Below are positions 42,168 to 54,985 of a stretch of DNA of 64,000 bases, piece by piece. The stretch covers positions 1,364,001 through 1,428,000 of the forward strand of contig OZ024750.1 of NCBI GenBank assembly GCA_964016885.1. Direction: 5' to 3'. Position numbers and translations under genes: made by a program. Numbering within the stretch: the first letter of the stretch is position 1; each line of letters begins with the position of its first letter. The notes below the pieces were generated by a model, which saw nothing but the letters and a program-made list of their open reading frames with translations, was not told where the DNA came from and ran no database searches. The stretch comes from Eledone cirrhosa (taxonomy: Eukaryota).

Positions 42168-42962
42168 TATATATATATATATATATAACCCCCCCACACA
42201 CGCACAGTGAGTGTATATATATATATATACACACACAGTGTGTGTATGTGTGATTATATATACACATATTTAATATATACATTATATTATATTATATACA
42301 CACACTGTATATAATATAATATAATTTTGGCCTTGTGCCAAAATAAAAAAACAATTATATTATATACACACACACACATACATATGTGTATCTTTATACA
42401 TGTTTAGATATATGTATGCAGAAGATATATATATACATTTATATTTAAATATATACAGAATCATGCGCACATACACAGGCATATATATATACGCATAAAC
42501 ATTTATCTATTTATAAGTACACACTATCCACTATATACACGAATATATGTAGATTTGCATGTATGTATTCATTTATGTATATATGCATGTATTTATGATT
42601 CTATGTATGGATGTATATATGTATATGTATGCATGTATGTACATATGTATGTATGTATGCATGTATGCATAAATGTGTATGTGTGTATGTAAGCACATAC
42701 GTGAGTCTACACATACAGATATATACGTATGTCTGCGTGAAGAAGTATTTCACTGATAGTCGCCCATGCGTCTCGTTATGTCGCTTTGCTAGTCATGGGA
42801 AGTAATCAATACTGAAATACGTATGTTATTTCCCTTTTCCTGTATATCAATATCAAATGCGTTAGAATTCTCTCCATTTACCACAAAAGCATTACTCTGT
42901 CGTTATATTACAGTTTATTATTTTTCACAATATTTCGCTCTTCTCTTATTTTCTGCCATTAT

Positions 42963-43415
42963 GGTGGTGGATTAGTATTATCGGTAGAGCGTCGGACTAG
43001 ATTCTTTGTGGCATGTTGTTACGGCTCTTTACGTTCTGAGTTCAAATCCCACAGAGGTTAGCTTTACCTTTCATCCTTACGGAGTCGATAATAAAGTACC
43101 AGTAACGCACCGGGGGTCGATTTAATCGACTTTCCCTTCCCACAAAATTGTTGAACTTGTACCCAAATCAAAACCAATATCAATAGAGTGAGACAAGGGA
43201 GGTCGATTGGCAGTATCGGTAGAAGGTCGGACAACATGCTTTGTGGCATAGAGTTATGGCTCTTCAACTTCTTATTTCAAATCCCGCCGAGGTTAACTTT
43301 GCCTTTCATCCTTACGGGGTCGATAAAACAAAGTACCAGTAATGCACTGGTGTCGATTTATTCGACTTTCTCTTCCCCAATAATTGTTGCCTATGTACCT
43401 AAATCAGAAACCGTT
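42963..43415 (+). mobile_element. Head-to-tail pair of SINE family A (long variant)
   Basis: Two copies with the gtcgattta.tcgac insert. Confidence 0.9.
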
Positions 43416-43696
43416 ATGGGGTTTTAAGAAATAGAACAAAGGATATATTTCATTTTCTAAGGAGACGTTTTTCCATTTCAATTTTTTTAAATATTTTTAT
43501 TATTGGAAAGCTATCGTCGGTAAGTGAAGATCGAATAAAAAAAAATTGATTTCCGATCCCCTCTCTTTCACTTCTAGTCATTACACATCAAAGTCGTATT
43601 ATCAGCTACAACTACTAAAACATTTCTAATTTAAATACTACATTATACATACATTTTTTTTTTCTAGAAAGATTTCACATAGTGTCACAATTTAAA

Positions 43697-43727
<31 letters not shown>

Positions 43728-44189
43728 CTGGTTAGATTGGTAGAGTGCAGCATTTGTTCTCGCTCTTTAGATTCCGATTTCAAACCCTACCGAAGTCAAC
43801 TTTGTTTTTCACCTTTCCGGGATCGATGAAATAAAGTACCAGTCAAGTACTGGGGTTGATTTAATCAACTCTACCATCCTGCCAGATTTGCAGTCTTAGG
43901 CCTAATTTAATAAAATTAAAATCGGGCCAGCCTTGAGATTCATTCCGCTGTGTGTGAGGGCAGGGCCCCAGAAAAATCAGTAAGAACCAGTAATGTAACG
44001 CGGTTACGGCTCTTTATGATCTCAGTTCAAATCCCGCCCAGGTTAACTTTATCTTCACTCCTTACGGTGTCGATAAAATAAAGTACCAATTATGTACTGG
44101 GATATTTGCTCGCTACGGTGTCGATAAAATAAAGTACCAGTTATGTACTGGGGAAATTGCTCGACATGTGCCAAAAGTAGAAACAATTT
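43728..44189 (+). mobile_element. Two SINE family A copies, the second with a 51-bp internal duplication
   Basis: tacggtgtcgataaaataaagtacca at 44063 and 44114. Confidence 0.8.
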
Positions 44190-44564
44190 GTGCTCTATTA
44201 TGCTCTTTAAATGTGTTTTCTTTGCCATATGTAAAAATATAAGACATAGAAACTCTTTAGCAGTGATAAAAGTTGGTTGCTTTTAGGTCTTCTTATATTC
44301 CACTACTTCTCTCTCTCTCTCTTTATGTATCTCCCTCTTATTCTCTTTCCCTCTCTCTCTCTCTCTCTTACTCGTTCCCTCTTTATCTCCCCTCTTCATT
44401 CTTCAGGTGATTTAGTGTTTTCACCCCACCCCCCATGAAACATATTTAAAAAAAATAGAGATAGAAAATGGAAAACAAAAATGAAATGTTATTAGCATTG
44501 ATAGTTGGTGTGTGTGCGTGCGCGCGTGTGTATACACATACATATATATATATATGAAAGGAAC

Positions 44565-44773
44565 GATCGACTTTCGTCAAATCGGACCGAGGGAACAATG
44601 TTTCCGTTGGTCTTTCCAATTGCTAATTCTATCTATCGGTCGCAACTCCAGGTAGAAGGAGCAACGTGAAATAAAGTGTCTTGCTCAAAGACATAACGCA
44701 TCGCCTGGTCCAGGAATCGAACTCACAACCTTACGATTGCGAATCCAATTCTCTAACCACTCAGCCACACGCA
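44565..44773 (-). mobile_element. SINE family B (tRNA-derived)
   Basis: Reverse complement of 50654-50852. Confidence 0.85.
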
Positions 44774-45096
44774 TTCACATCATATATATATATATACACA
44801 CATATCTATCTATATATATATATACATATATGTATGTACCTAGGTGTATAGATATATATATATATATTATGCACACACATATATATATATATGTGTGTAT
44901 GTGGATATTTATTGTAAGGGCCAATAAACTCATCCAAGCGGTAGGGCACTACTCCGACATTGGTGTAAATACTACAATAACAGAGTTCCTTACAAAACGG
45001 AATCAATGAAATGTGTTCAATGATAATACAAATAAATGATGAAAAGTTAAGATATTTTAGAAAAAAGAATTACTAATGGATAGTATTATTAAATTT

Positions 45097-45282
45097 GGGG
45101 ATTGGCAGTATCAGTAGAAGGTCGGACACCATGCTTTCCAGCATAGTTACGTCCCTTTACGGTCTGAGTTCAAATCCCGCCAAGGTTAAATTTGCCTTTC
45201 ATCCTTACGGGTTAGATAAAATAAAATACCAGTAATGCACTGGGTAATTGATGGCCTTGTGCCAAAAGAAGAAACAATTATT
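45097..45282 (+). mobile_element. SINE family A
   Basis: Full head, central domain and tail. Confidence 0.9.
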
Positions 45283-45799
45283 AAAAGTAGAAACAATTAT
45301 TAAATTATATAAAAGAGCCGAGGGATTCATTCAATTATGATAGCTAGTTGTCATAATACTAACGTGACACTGGTCAGAACGAGTTACCGCCCTTGACCTT
45401 GTCAAATGCGCACAAATTATTACAGATTTTTTTTTTTTTTCTCTGATTTGTTGTTCTTCCTTTTTTCTGTATTTAGAAACATGGCAAGTTTTCGTGAGGA
45501 TGAAGCATAATTTATTGAATATATAATTTACTGTCGAAAAATCCGAAATAGCCCCTTCATTATTCAATGATAAACGGAAAGGATTTGTCGTCTCAAAGTG
45601 GCAATTATTCAACTTTGAAGGGTCCCTGGGAGTAACTACAACAACTACCCAAGAAAATTCCATTTATTAGAAACATGTGACAGAATGAATAATGTAATTG
45701 GGCAAGCCCGTGGATCAGGTGAAGCTTCAACATATCAGATATTATCCTTTTAGCCTCTCTTCCAGCCCTCCTCTCAATCTTTCTCTCTCTCCAATATAT

Positions 45800-45922
45800 A
45801 TAAAGGAAGTGTGGTAAGAAACCAGGTGGACCATAACGCACCAGAGGACTCGAATTCGGATCTGGCTGTCAAAACGACTGGAGCTCAGCCGTCGGAGTCC
45901 TGACTCTTTTCCACTCTCTCTC

Positions 45923-45926
<4 letters not shown>
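45800..45926. mobile_element. Family F2 element: inverted tail segment joined to a forward HHR 3' half
   Basis: aaggaagtgtggtaagaaaccaggtggaccataacgcaccagag (inverted tail) then ttcggatctggctgtcaaaacgactggagctcagccgtcgg. Confidence 0.75.
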
Positions 45927-45972
<46 letters not shown>

Positions 45973-47419
45973 GAGAGTGGAAAAGAGTCACATATATATG
46001 TATATATATATATATATTATATGTGATACTAATCGATTAATATTATAGTTATCTGTGTAGGGACACACCCACACATACATACGTACATACATACATACAC
46101 ACATAGATAATTGTACAGAAAAGATGATTGACTGTCAAATTCAATACCCAATCTAATCAGAGAGATTGGAAACATCAATGAAAATTAAATTCATAAAGAC
46201 CAATATTTTCCACTATTTTTTAATGACTAAAAAAATTATTTCTCAAGAAAGTTAGGTTATTTCTTCTCTTAGTAATGCACAAAAACCAATACATTTTCTA
46301 TTATTTTATTTCATATAATATAAAACAGCGAATAGGATATTTTCATTCCTTAGATTTTTACACTTTTTCATTCTTTATCATTTTACTCATAAAAGTTGTC
46401 CTATGCTATAAAAATGACAAACGCTCTATTTAAAAAAAAAATGTTTTTACGTAAATAATTTGAATCGAAACTTTATTTCTTCTGTTTACATATATTCTCA
46501 TTTTTGACTCAAGAATAGCTGAGTGGTAAAGAAATATACTTCGTACTCATGAGGTTCCAAGTTCGATCCAACTGAGTGAGATCTTTGAAAACGTCTCTAC
46601 CCTAGTCCTGGGTCACCCCAGGTTTGAATGAAATTGAGTAGAAGGTAACTACGTCAAGTAACAACCTACATAGAAGCCCCTTATGTTGTTACCTCAGTTA
46701 GTTGCCGGTTGAAAGCCTGCATGTAGCATTCTTGCGGTTTAGTTTATTAGTCAAGACCAATATAAACATGTTTCATAATGTTATGCAATTTTAAGGGATT
46801 CTTTTCTTACACTCCCCTTTCTACTGATTTTATACCTGTTGTGTGTTGTACTCGTGTATTTCGAGTTTTAATGATATTTGTGACTACGCTTGTGTAACTG
46901 GGTGAGTAGGCTTTTAAGTTAGTTTGAGATATGAAGTGTGAATGATTTGAAAATTATTTGGTTAAATGTTTACCCGATAGTGTTTGCATTTCAGATGGTT
47001 TTGATTTGTTGATTTTATGAGAGAAACTTTAATTATGTTAAATGGAGAAAATGGCTTTGTTTGTTTATTTAACGTTTGTTTCTTTGCTAATTAATCTGTG
47101 GGTATGTTGTGATGATGATGGCTACGTGATCAAAGAAAACAAATGGTAGCTTGTTTACCACATGGACCTAGAGGCTATGTGGGTAGAAGTGAAGGTGGTG
47201 TGTGGGGAATAACGATTATTTGCTTAGTGATATACATTTGTGCATTGGAGTGAGTTGTTTAGTATGTAAAGTAAATTATTGGCTTGAGGATATCATGCCA
47301 CTTCAAATGTTATTGTTTTTGTGCTGTATAGAAGCTGCATCAGATATGGGAGTCTGGGAGCCTCTTAAGGAGCATTTGGAATGTGTATATTATTTTAGGA
47401 CACCCGAAGTTCTCGCTCG

Positions 47420-47459
<40 letters not shown>

Positions 47460-47503
47460 AGTGTAAGTCAACAGGTTAAAATTAACTTTGTTCATTCATA
47501 TTC

Positions 47504-47562
47504 GCTGCAATATATATTTCGGTGATAACCATAATTCAATAGCTATGACCTCATCAGGCAGC
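47504..47562 (-). ncRNA. Type I hammerhead ribozyme motif, family F6
   Basis: Minus strand reads gctgc CTGATGA ggt-c-atagcta..tggttat-c-acc GAAA tatata TT gcagc; perfect stem I, G10.1-C11.1 pair, palindromic stem III. Confidence 0.8.
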
Positions 47563-47587
47563 TAGAACTTTAACAGAAATATATATA

Positions 47588-47622
<35 letters not shown>

Positions 47623-47624
<2 letters not shown>

Positions 47625-48058
47625 TTGTGTATAATGGTAGCTATGGTGCTTCCATAGGCGGTATGCCAAAATTAGCACTCAATATTCAGCAGAGTAGAGT
47701 GTAGATAGTATAAAGAAAACGAAAAATCAGTGATGCATCTGGACTCAATTTATTGCGTGTTACAATTGTTTCGCCGGCAGGTAGCTCGAGACATGGTCCC
47801 TGTATGGATCTGGCTGATTCTACGGCTGCAGATTCCTTCAGACACGGGTAGTTCGTTCGGAGCAAATTTTATCACTGTGATAGGGACCATGTCTCGAACT
47901 ACCTACCGGCGAAACAATTGTAACACGCAATAAATTGAGTCCAGATGCATCACTGATTTTTCGTTTTCTTTATACTATCTACACTCTACTCTGCTGAATA
48001 TTGAGTGCTAATTTTGGCATACCGCCTATGGAAGCACCATAGCTACCATTATACACAA

Positions 48059-48060
<2 letters not shown>
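47623..48060. mobile_element. Family F7 element: 179-bp inverted arms around an 80-bp spacer, in (TA)n
   Basis: 47623-47801 versus 47882-48060, two mismatches seen. Confidence 0.9.
47756..47846 (-). ncRNA. Atypical hammerhead-like motif with a 62-nt stem II region, family F7
   Basis: cgtgt CTGAAGG [62 nt] GAAA caattg TA acacg; perfect stem I and palindromic acaattgt stem III. Confidence 0.55.
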
Positions 48061-48090
<30 letters not shown>

Positions 48091-48094
<4 letters not shown>

Positions 48095-48228
48095 ATACTA
48101 ATAAATGTGAAGTCTAAAATATAAAGAGGGCTCGATAAGGATAAACATATATCAAATATATAAAAACCATAGATCCCGTTAAGGGTGAAAGCAGCGATTC
48201 TTTGCTTAAACTTTAATCTTATTTTAAT
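48091..48228. mobile_element. Family F3 element: tail (-) joined to HHR 3' part (+)
   Basis: Homologous to 54874-55025 with an internal inversion near 48172. Confidence 0.75.
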
Positions 48229-49087
48229 ATATATATATATATATATATATTTGTTTTGCGAGGTTTTTGATATGAAATCGTGTGTCGAAACAAATATTGT
48301 TATACTTGGGGAGGGTCATATTGTTGTAATATATATTTGTGTGTATGTTTGTGTGGATATTGGGGGAAAGGTAAGGGTAGTGTCTATTATATTAATCTGC
48401 TATGTATGGTTGACCCCGTGTTTTCAATGCCTGCATTTACAATGTGTTTGGCCACATTAATTCTCAAGTTCCATTTCTGGTATCTATGTACTAGTTTTCT
48501 CTATGTCCTGAAATTTGTGCCGTTGTCGGCTCTGTCATGCTTTATCGGGTTGTAATTTGAGATTTGACAAGTTCTATGTAATGGTGCGAAAACACTGCTT
48601 CCTGTAATATCACGAACTCAATAACATACGTGATGGTGACATGCTTTAGTTCCAGGAATACATGTATATTAAGGACAACAATTTTAAAAGAGAAACACAT
48701 TCATATGAAAGCGAGTAAAATCACATATGCAATATCAGCGCCTCAGCTGATTAGACGTTGGCATGTTTAATATTCTAACCAAATACTCCCATTTGAATAT
48801 CGTCCCGCGTCTTGTCCCTGTATTATTAATGTTAAAGATATGTAAATTTGAAATAGCTCGATCGAGCCGTTTGTAAATATGTACAAGGCAATGAAAATAT
48901 TCACCACAGGCAATGAATAAATTGCATAATAGTATTTTATTTGCATGCACTACTGGGCCGAAGACCTGTCATGAATATCATTTAGAGAGGAATAATATTG
49001 GTGAATTTACTCAGGCAAATTACATGGTGTCGTGCATAGAACTGTTATTGGACCACTTCCCAGAAATAATTAATTAATGAATGAAAT

Positions 49088-49317
49088 CATCATTATGTAT
49101 TTGAAATAGTTTCTGATTTAGACACAAGACCAACACATTTTTTGGTGAGGGGAATGTAGATTAAATCGACCCCAGTTCGTTACTGGTACTTTATTTTATC
49201 GACACTGTAAGGATAAAAGGCAAAGCTAATCTCGGCGGGGTTTAAAATCAGAAAGTAAAGAGGCGTAACTCTATGCCACAAAGCATGTTGTCCGACGATC
49301 TACCGATACTGTCAATT
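49088..49317 (-). mobile_element. SINE family A (long variant)
   Basis: Full reverse-complement match. Confidence 0.85.
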
Positions 49318-49428
49318 GATCGCTCTTCAATTACGAAATAATAAAATCATCTCACACAGGCAACCAATTATTGAATACATGTTTACACAGACACACACAG
49401 AGACATATATTGGATATCGATCTAAACC

Positions 49429-49487
<59 letters not shown>

Positions 49488-50653
49488 TGTTCAATAATTG
49501 GTTGGAGACACCAGTTGTAATTTTACGTGTCTACTATTTTCCTCGCTTTTCCTGTCAGTACAGCGTGTGTTTCTCCAACATACCGTTAATAGTTTTCCAG
49601 GTGTGAGGCCTCTAATCTGAGAAAGCAAGGAAATCCACTTTCGAAGCATTGATTTTCTTCCTTTCAAAGTAATCTCCAGCTGATTTTCATCCGCTTATCC
49701 TAAAGGTCAGACACAAATTAGACATACACACGACATATACGAGCCTTCTCAATGTACATATATTATGCATTCAAGGTTGCTAATATTGGCTTGGAGAAGG
49801 ATTTGTTTGTGTAACTTTCCAGCTCACTAATGATCTTAGGAATCTATTTAAAAGTCCTTTCATGCCTGAATGTGTCGCAATTGTTTCATGTAGCGTTGTA
49901 TAATTCCCGACTAAGGAATGGAGAGCAAACGTATTCGTTACCAATTGATCACGTAATTCTGCTGACTGCGCTGCAAAGGAATCTCTTTAAATGTCTCTAT
50001 ATGGGAGTTTTATAATCAATTGACGAAGATATACAGCACAGACATTTTGTCATAAAGGTCATATTGTCGGTGGCATGGAAAAGGAAGATGTACATGGATA
50101 GGAGACTGCTGATCTTCCCACGTCTGCATCTTGGAGAAGAACATTTAGGTGCCAACACAATCCGTCGTGAGCGATGTGTGACCCTATATATATAGCCCCA
50201 CTCACAAATGGGCACACACTGATTCACACACACACACACATATATATATATAAGTTCATACACATATACGCAAGCATGTGTGTGCCAATGAATTGAAGCC
50301 AAACACAAATGCCCATTATAAAACATGCATGGATAGACACACATGAATGAAGGGGAAAATAACCGGCTTCCATGTTCACACACTCACATAGAAATATTTC
50401 ACCACGTCAACATTGCATTTAAATGACAAAAACAGATTTATATTTTGAATACCCGAAACGAGCACACTGACGACATTTTGATTCATCGGTGTAATTCTGT
50501 TATTTCATGCATACGGATTATCTGCTGATTTCATTTGCGATATCATTTCAATAGGAATTTCTTCCTACAGTAGATCGAAGTGTTGCATCGAAATATTAAC
50601 TATAAGTAAGGAATATTTTGTTCTCTTTATGCACGATATATATCTCGGGTGAA

Positions 50654-50852
50654 GGCGCATGGCTTAGTGGTTAGAGAATTGGATTCAGAATCGTGTAGTT
50701 GTGAGTTCGATTCGAAGACCGGGTGATGCGTTATGTCCTTGAGCAAGACACTTTATTTCACATTGCTCCTTCTACCTGGAGTTGCAACCGATAGATAGTA
50801 TTAACAGTTGGAAAGACTAATGGAAACATTGTTTCCTCGGTCCGATTTGACG
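50654..50852 (+). mobile_element. SINE family B
   Basis: A-box tggcttagtggttaga, B-box gagttcgattc, then tgtccttgagcaagacactttatttcac. Confidence 0.85.
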
Positions 50853-51117
50853 ATATATATCAGTCACTTATTCTCGTCTCATCTAGTAGCTTAGAACTAT
50901 CTCTCCGCCTATTTCTATGGAACACCCATTTTGTTTCTAGGAATATCTAATGAGGTGTAATTATAATTAAAATGCAATGACACTAATCTCATATCTTATC
51001 CATTTACTACAGGCATTACCAATAATTTCCAGAATAATAAAACATTCTTGTAGTTAAGATGTGTTTGTTATTACTCCAGTGGTTCTTTTTTTTATATATT
51101 TTATAATGGAATTCATT

Positions 51118-51296
51118 TGGGTCGGTAGAGTGTCGTATAATAAGCTATGTGACGTACTGTTATTGTCCTTTACGTTCTGAGTTCAAATCCCGCTGAGGTT
51201 AACTTTGCCTTTCATCCTTACGGGGTCTATAAAATAAAGTACCAGTAATGCACTGGGGTAATTGCTCGCTTTGTGCCAAAAGTAGAATCAATTATT
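51118..51296 (+). mobile_element. SINE family A
   Basis: Central domain and tail match. Confidence 0.85.
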
Positions 51297-51857
51297 ACAA
51301 ACATTCTTATTTCAGCCATTTAAATTCAATGAAGAACAGCAATAACTATAATCTTTCACCTTGTATCTGTAGCCATACTATTACAGTTGTAATAATAATA
51401 TTGTAATAATAATATTGGCAATATTTGTCAACCTTATACAGTTATGGTTTAATCAAACGCTGTCAGCTTTAACATCTTAGGTGATTTTCCTGATATTTAA
51501 CATAGCACTACGTAGATTCACAACACTGTCATTACATTAAAAAGGTGTAATTATACTGTCGTCGAAGCTTGAGGCTAATCAAATCTCCATTTAACTATTT
51601 GTAAAAATTCAGTGAAGTTATAATTTTTGTATAAACCATGATCTGCTTGACAATATCGTAATTATTCTGATGAGATCAACGATATTGTAATTATTCTGAC
51701 GAGGTCAACATATTGACTAAAGTAAATATTGTGTTTGTATCTTTATAACTAAATTTGATTTATGTCAGTAATTGCTGATATAATCGTAAACTTTCTCTTT
51801 GATACAAGCGGCGCAAGTAACATTTTTCCTAATAGAATTGAAAACTTTTTCCGTATT

Positions 51858-51950
51858 CATGATGTCCAAAAGATTTCCGTCACACTCAAGCTGACAATAT
51901 AATCATGGTGTCCAAAAGACTCTCGTCACACCCAAGGTGACAATATAACT
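51858..51950. repeat. About 45-bp tandem duplication
   Basis: tcatg.tgtccaaaaga.t..cgtcacac.caag.tgacaatataa occurs twice. Confidence 0.85.
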
Positions 51951-52661
51951 ATATCTCTCGTCTTGCTTCTCTCTGTTCTTGTTCAATTTACTCGCTGATA
52001 ATTCACCACAAAGATTAAATTGCTCTTTGTAAAATATACCTTGTGATATCCATATGTGTCTTGTCACCACACGTATCGAGTTCCCCTCACATGCATGTGA
52101 TTAGTAGGTGGTTTGCAGAGTTATATCTATTAAAAAGAGGAAATATGGAGGAAACTTACCCAAGTTGAATTGCATTCGTTGCTGGTGACAGGTAACTGCT
52201 GGATGACTGTCTTCTATCCTCCGATACACTACGTAACATATGCCATGACGTACTATCAATCGAAGCTCTTCCTTGCATTGCTCTGCGCCTACATTCTGCC
52301 TGTCTTTCACGGTTAATCCTGTAACAGTGTTAATTATAAAGACAAATATTAAATACGGTTCGTGCTTGTTATCTCTGATAATTGTAAAATATTGATATTA
52401 CGCATGAGGATGATTAGAAGCTACATAAGGATGGTATTGAAGAAAAGGTTAAATATCCAGTTAACCAATCAAAAGAATGTAATGATTATCACAAATTATA
52501 TATAAACAGATACTGTTTAGATTCAATTTAACAGATTTATATATCCCAAGTTTGACAAACTAAGTATTTGGTGGATATGTGTGCAGTCCTTTGAATACAC
52601 CCCCCCCCCCACACACACACACAGTATACATACATACATACAATCATACGTACGTACGTGC

Positions 52662-52700
<39 letters not shown>

Positions 52701-52701
52701 T

Positions 52702-52748
<47 letters not shown>

Positions 52749-53138
52749 GAGAGACCATCTAAGTATACTGCATATAAAATTGATCCTCTTCGATCTATGG
52801 CCTTTCTTTCATTTTGTATTGCTTTAAATCGGGAAACATAATATCGAACAGAAAATATGACTTTGCCATAAAATATAGGATATATGTGAGCAGATTTCTC
52901 CGTTATCTCAGAAATATGAGTAATAGGCAACATATTACTACCCCTCATACATCATATATTATGTTTCAAACGTTGGATTACTGTCAATCATATAATGTAT
53001 GTTGAATAACATGAATGTTGACAGAAAAAAATAGTTTTAGGTTTTGACATGCCAAGCTGCAGAATAAAATGACCTTCTGCTTAGGAGGCAAATATAACGA
53101 AGTCTGTCTTAAACCAGAAGGTTCGTTAGACTCGTACA

Positions 53139-53379
53139 TATCCCGGTTTCATGACGTGAAGCAACTGAGAGTACAAGACTTCCCTCTGGACGCCAGTACA
53201 TCGCAGGGTTAAACCCCCAGTTACTGCTGGTACTTATCCCGGTTTCATGATGTGAAGCAACTGAGAGTACAAGACTTCCCCCTGGACTGGACGCCATTCC
53301 ATCGCAGGGTTAAACCCCCCAGTTACTGCTGGTACTTATCCCGGTTTCATAACGCGAAGCGACTGAGAGTACAAGACTT
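53139..53379 (-). repeat. Tandem 96-102 bp units, about 2.5 copies, probably a SINE 3' segment
   Basis: tcccggtttcat starts at 53141, 53237 and 53339; minus strand cctgcgatgg..tggcgtcc is SINE-like (from recall). Confidence 0.75.
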
Positions 53380-53499
53380 GTCCAATCTATTTGTGACTCA
53401 CAAGAATTGAAGAATTTTAATAAATTAAGAATTAATTAGAAATAATTTAATTCTCATGCTTCAGGAAAAATTCGATCTTTGTACCAATTTATTATTCTT

Positions 53500-54560
53500 C
53501 CCTCATATTATTAAAAATATATTAACAAAACATTGTCGAATCTGATAAATTATGTATCATATTTCTGTAGTAAAATTGATAGTCTTGAAATCATTATATG
53601 AATGCGTTCAACTATTCATTTCTAGAAAAATGTAATAACTGCTGCTAGTAATTTGTTGGAATAAATTATAGCGATCGGTGTATAGAAGGAGCAAGATATC
53701 AATAAAAAATATTACTAATGCCATGAGAGTTGATTTTGTGTTCTTACAAGAAAACATTGTTTAAAATATTTTGCCAGATGACGAAACAGATATTTGTATT
53801 CCTATACATTTAAAATAATATTTACTTAATGTTATTTCTTACAATCTGTCTTTAAAATAGACAATTTGAACGAAATATATTGCGGCGACAATGATAGGAA
53901 ATATACAAGAATTGTATATAAGATATTAAATAGGCATTTTAACTGCAACAAAGAAATTACATCCAGGCAAAAGTAGGATTGAACGCAAAGCATTTATTAA
54001 ATATTTCCTTGGTAACAGAATTGATGAAGATAATGTTAAACATATTAGGACAATCAGTGGATATCGTAGCAACACCAATGACAAAAAGCAGAAAGGTTTT
54101 GGTACAACAGATAAGTGGTTTCGTTAACAAACGATTTATTGTCAATGATTTCTACATTCGTTGTATGATGGCGCGTGGCTTTGTGAGTAAGATATTTGAC
54201 TCTCAACAGTAAGGTCATGAATTCGATTCCCGGCGACGCGTTGTCTCCTTGAGCAAGACACTTTATTTCACATTGTTCCAGTCCACTCAGCTGGCAAACA
54301 TGGGTTGTACCTGTAATTCGAAGGGTATTTCGGTATCACGCTGAATTTCCCAGTGAGGCAAGGAAATCAGTTTTCCTTGCAAATTTGGTGAATATGACAT
54401 AATATAGCAGTAGTGTTCTTCTTGTCACAGTTGCAACCAGCATAATACATCCGAATATAATAATTACTTCTATGCCAGCTTAAAATCTCATATTCCAGAT
54501 ATCACTGTGACACCGAAATAATTTATATAAGATAACATAGAAAAACTTTCTCGTTTCAAG
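53500..54560 (-). pseudogene. Probable decayed intronless rhodopsin-class (peptide-receptor-like) GPCR
   Basis: In order on the minus strand: EVIIIFGCIMLVATVTRR (TM1-like), MTINR..KPL..CTK (DRY/ICL2-like), FLLFVIGVATIS..CPNMF (TM4), ILYTILVYFL (TM5), KSTLMALVIFFIDILLLLY (TM6), INF...YIIYQIRQCF (TM7/H8); stops, frameshifts and a SINE insertion. Confidence 0.45.
54169..54350 (+). mobile_element. SINE family B inserted in the GPCR-like relic
   Basis: ggcgcgtggct head; ccttgagcaagacactttatttcacattg. Confidence 0.85.
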
Positions 54561-54985
54561 TACAATGCTGACATTCAGAAGCCTTAACAATCCATCTCTG
54601 TAAAACTGAATGTGAGAAACCTTATATACAGTTATCAATGATAAATAGATTTAAACCTGAATTCTTTTAAGAACTTATCAAATGAAATATTGAAAACCTC
54701 AATAGTCTTGTGAGATAACATTCGTTTTAAGAGATTTTTTAAAACAACAATATAAAAAGACAAAAACTCAAAGAAGATACTGTTGGGGAATCAAGTTCAA
54801 ATTAAATTAGTAATCTAAATCTAATCTGACATAGGGATTTCTTCATTTGTATTATATATATACATATATATATAGTAATAATAACAAATTTGAAGACTAA
54901 AATCCAAAGAAGGCTCGATAAGGATAAATATATATCAAATATATAAGAACCATAGAGCAAATATTTATTAAAATAACAGATTAAA

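Noticed and set aside
45331-45760. Candidate host exon (non-repetitive 110-aa ORF); likewise 57901-58173
   Set aside because: No recognisable domain and no convincing splice-site pair.
49740-49910. Integrase zinc-finger-like LHETIATHSG on the minus strand
   Set aside because: The CxxC half is broken and no DDE core or termini are evident.
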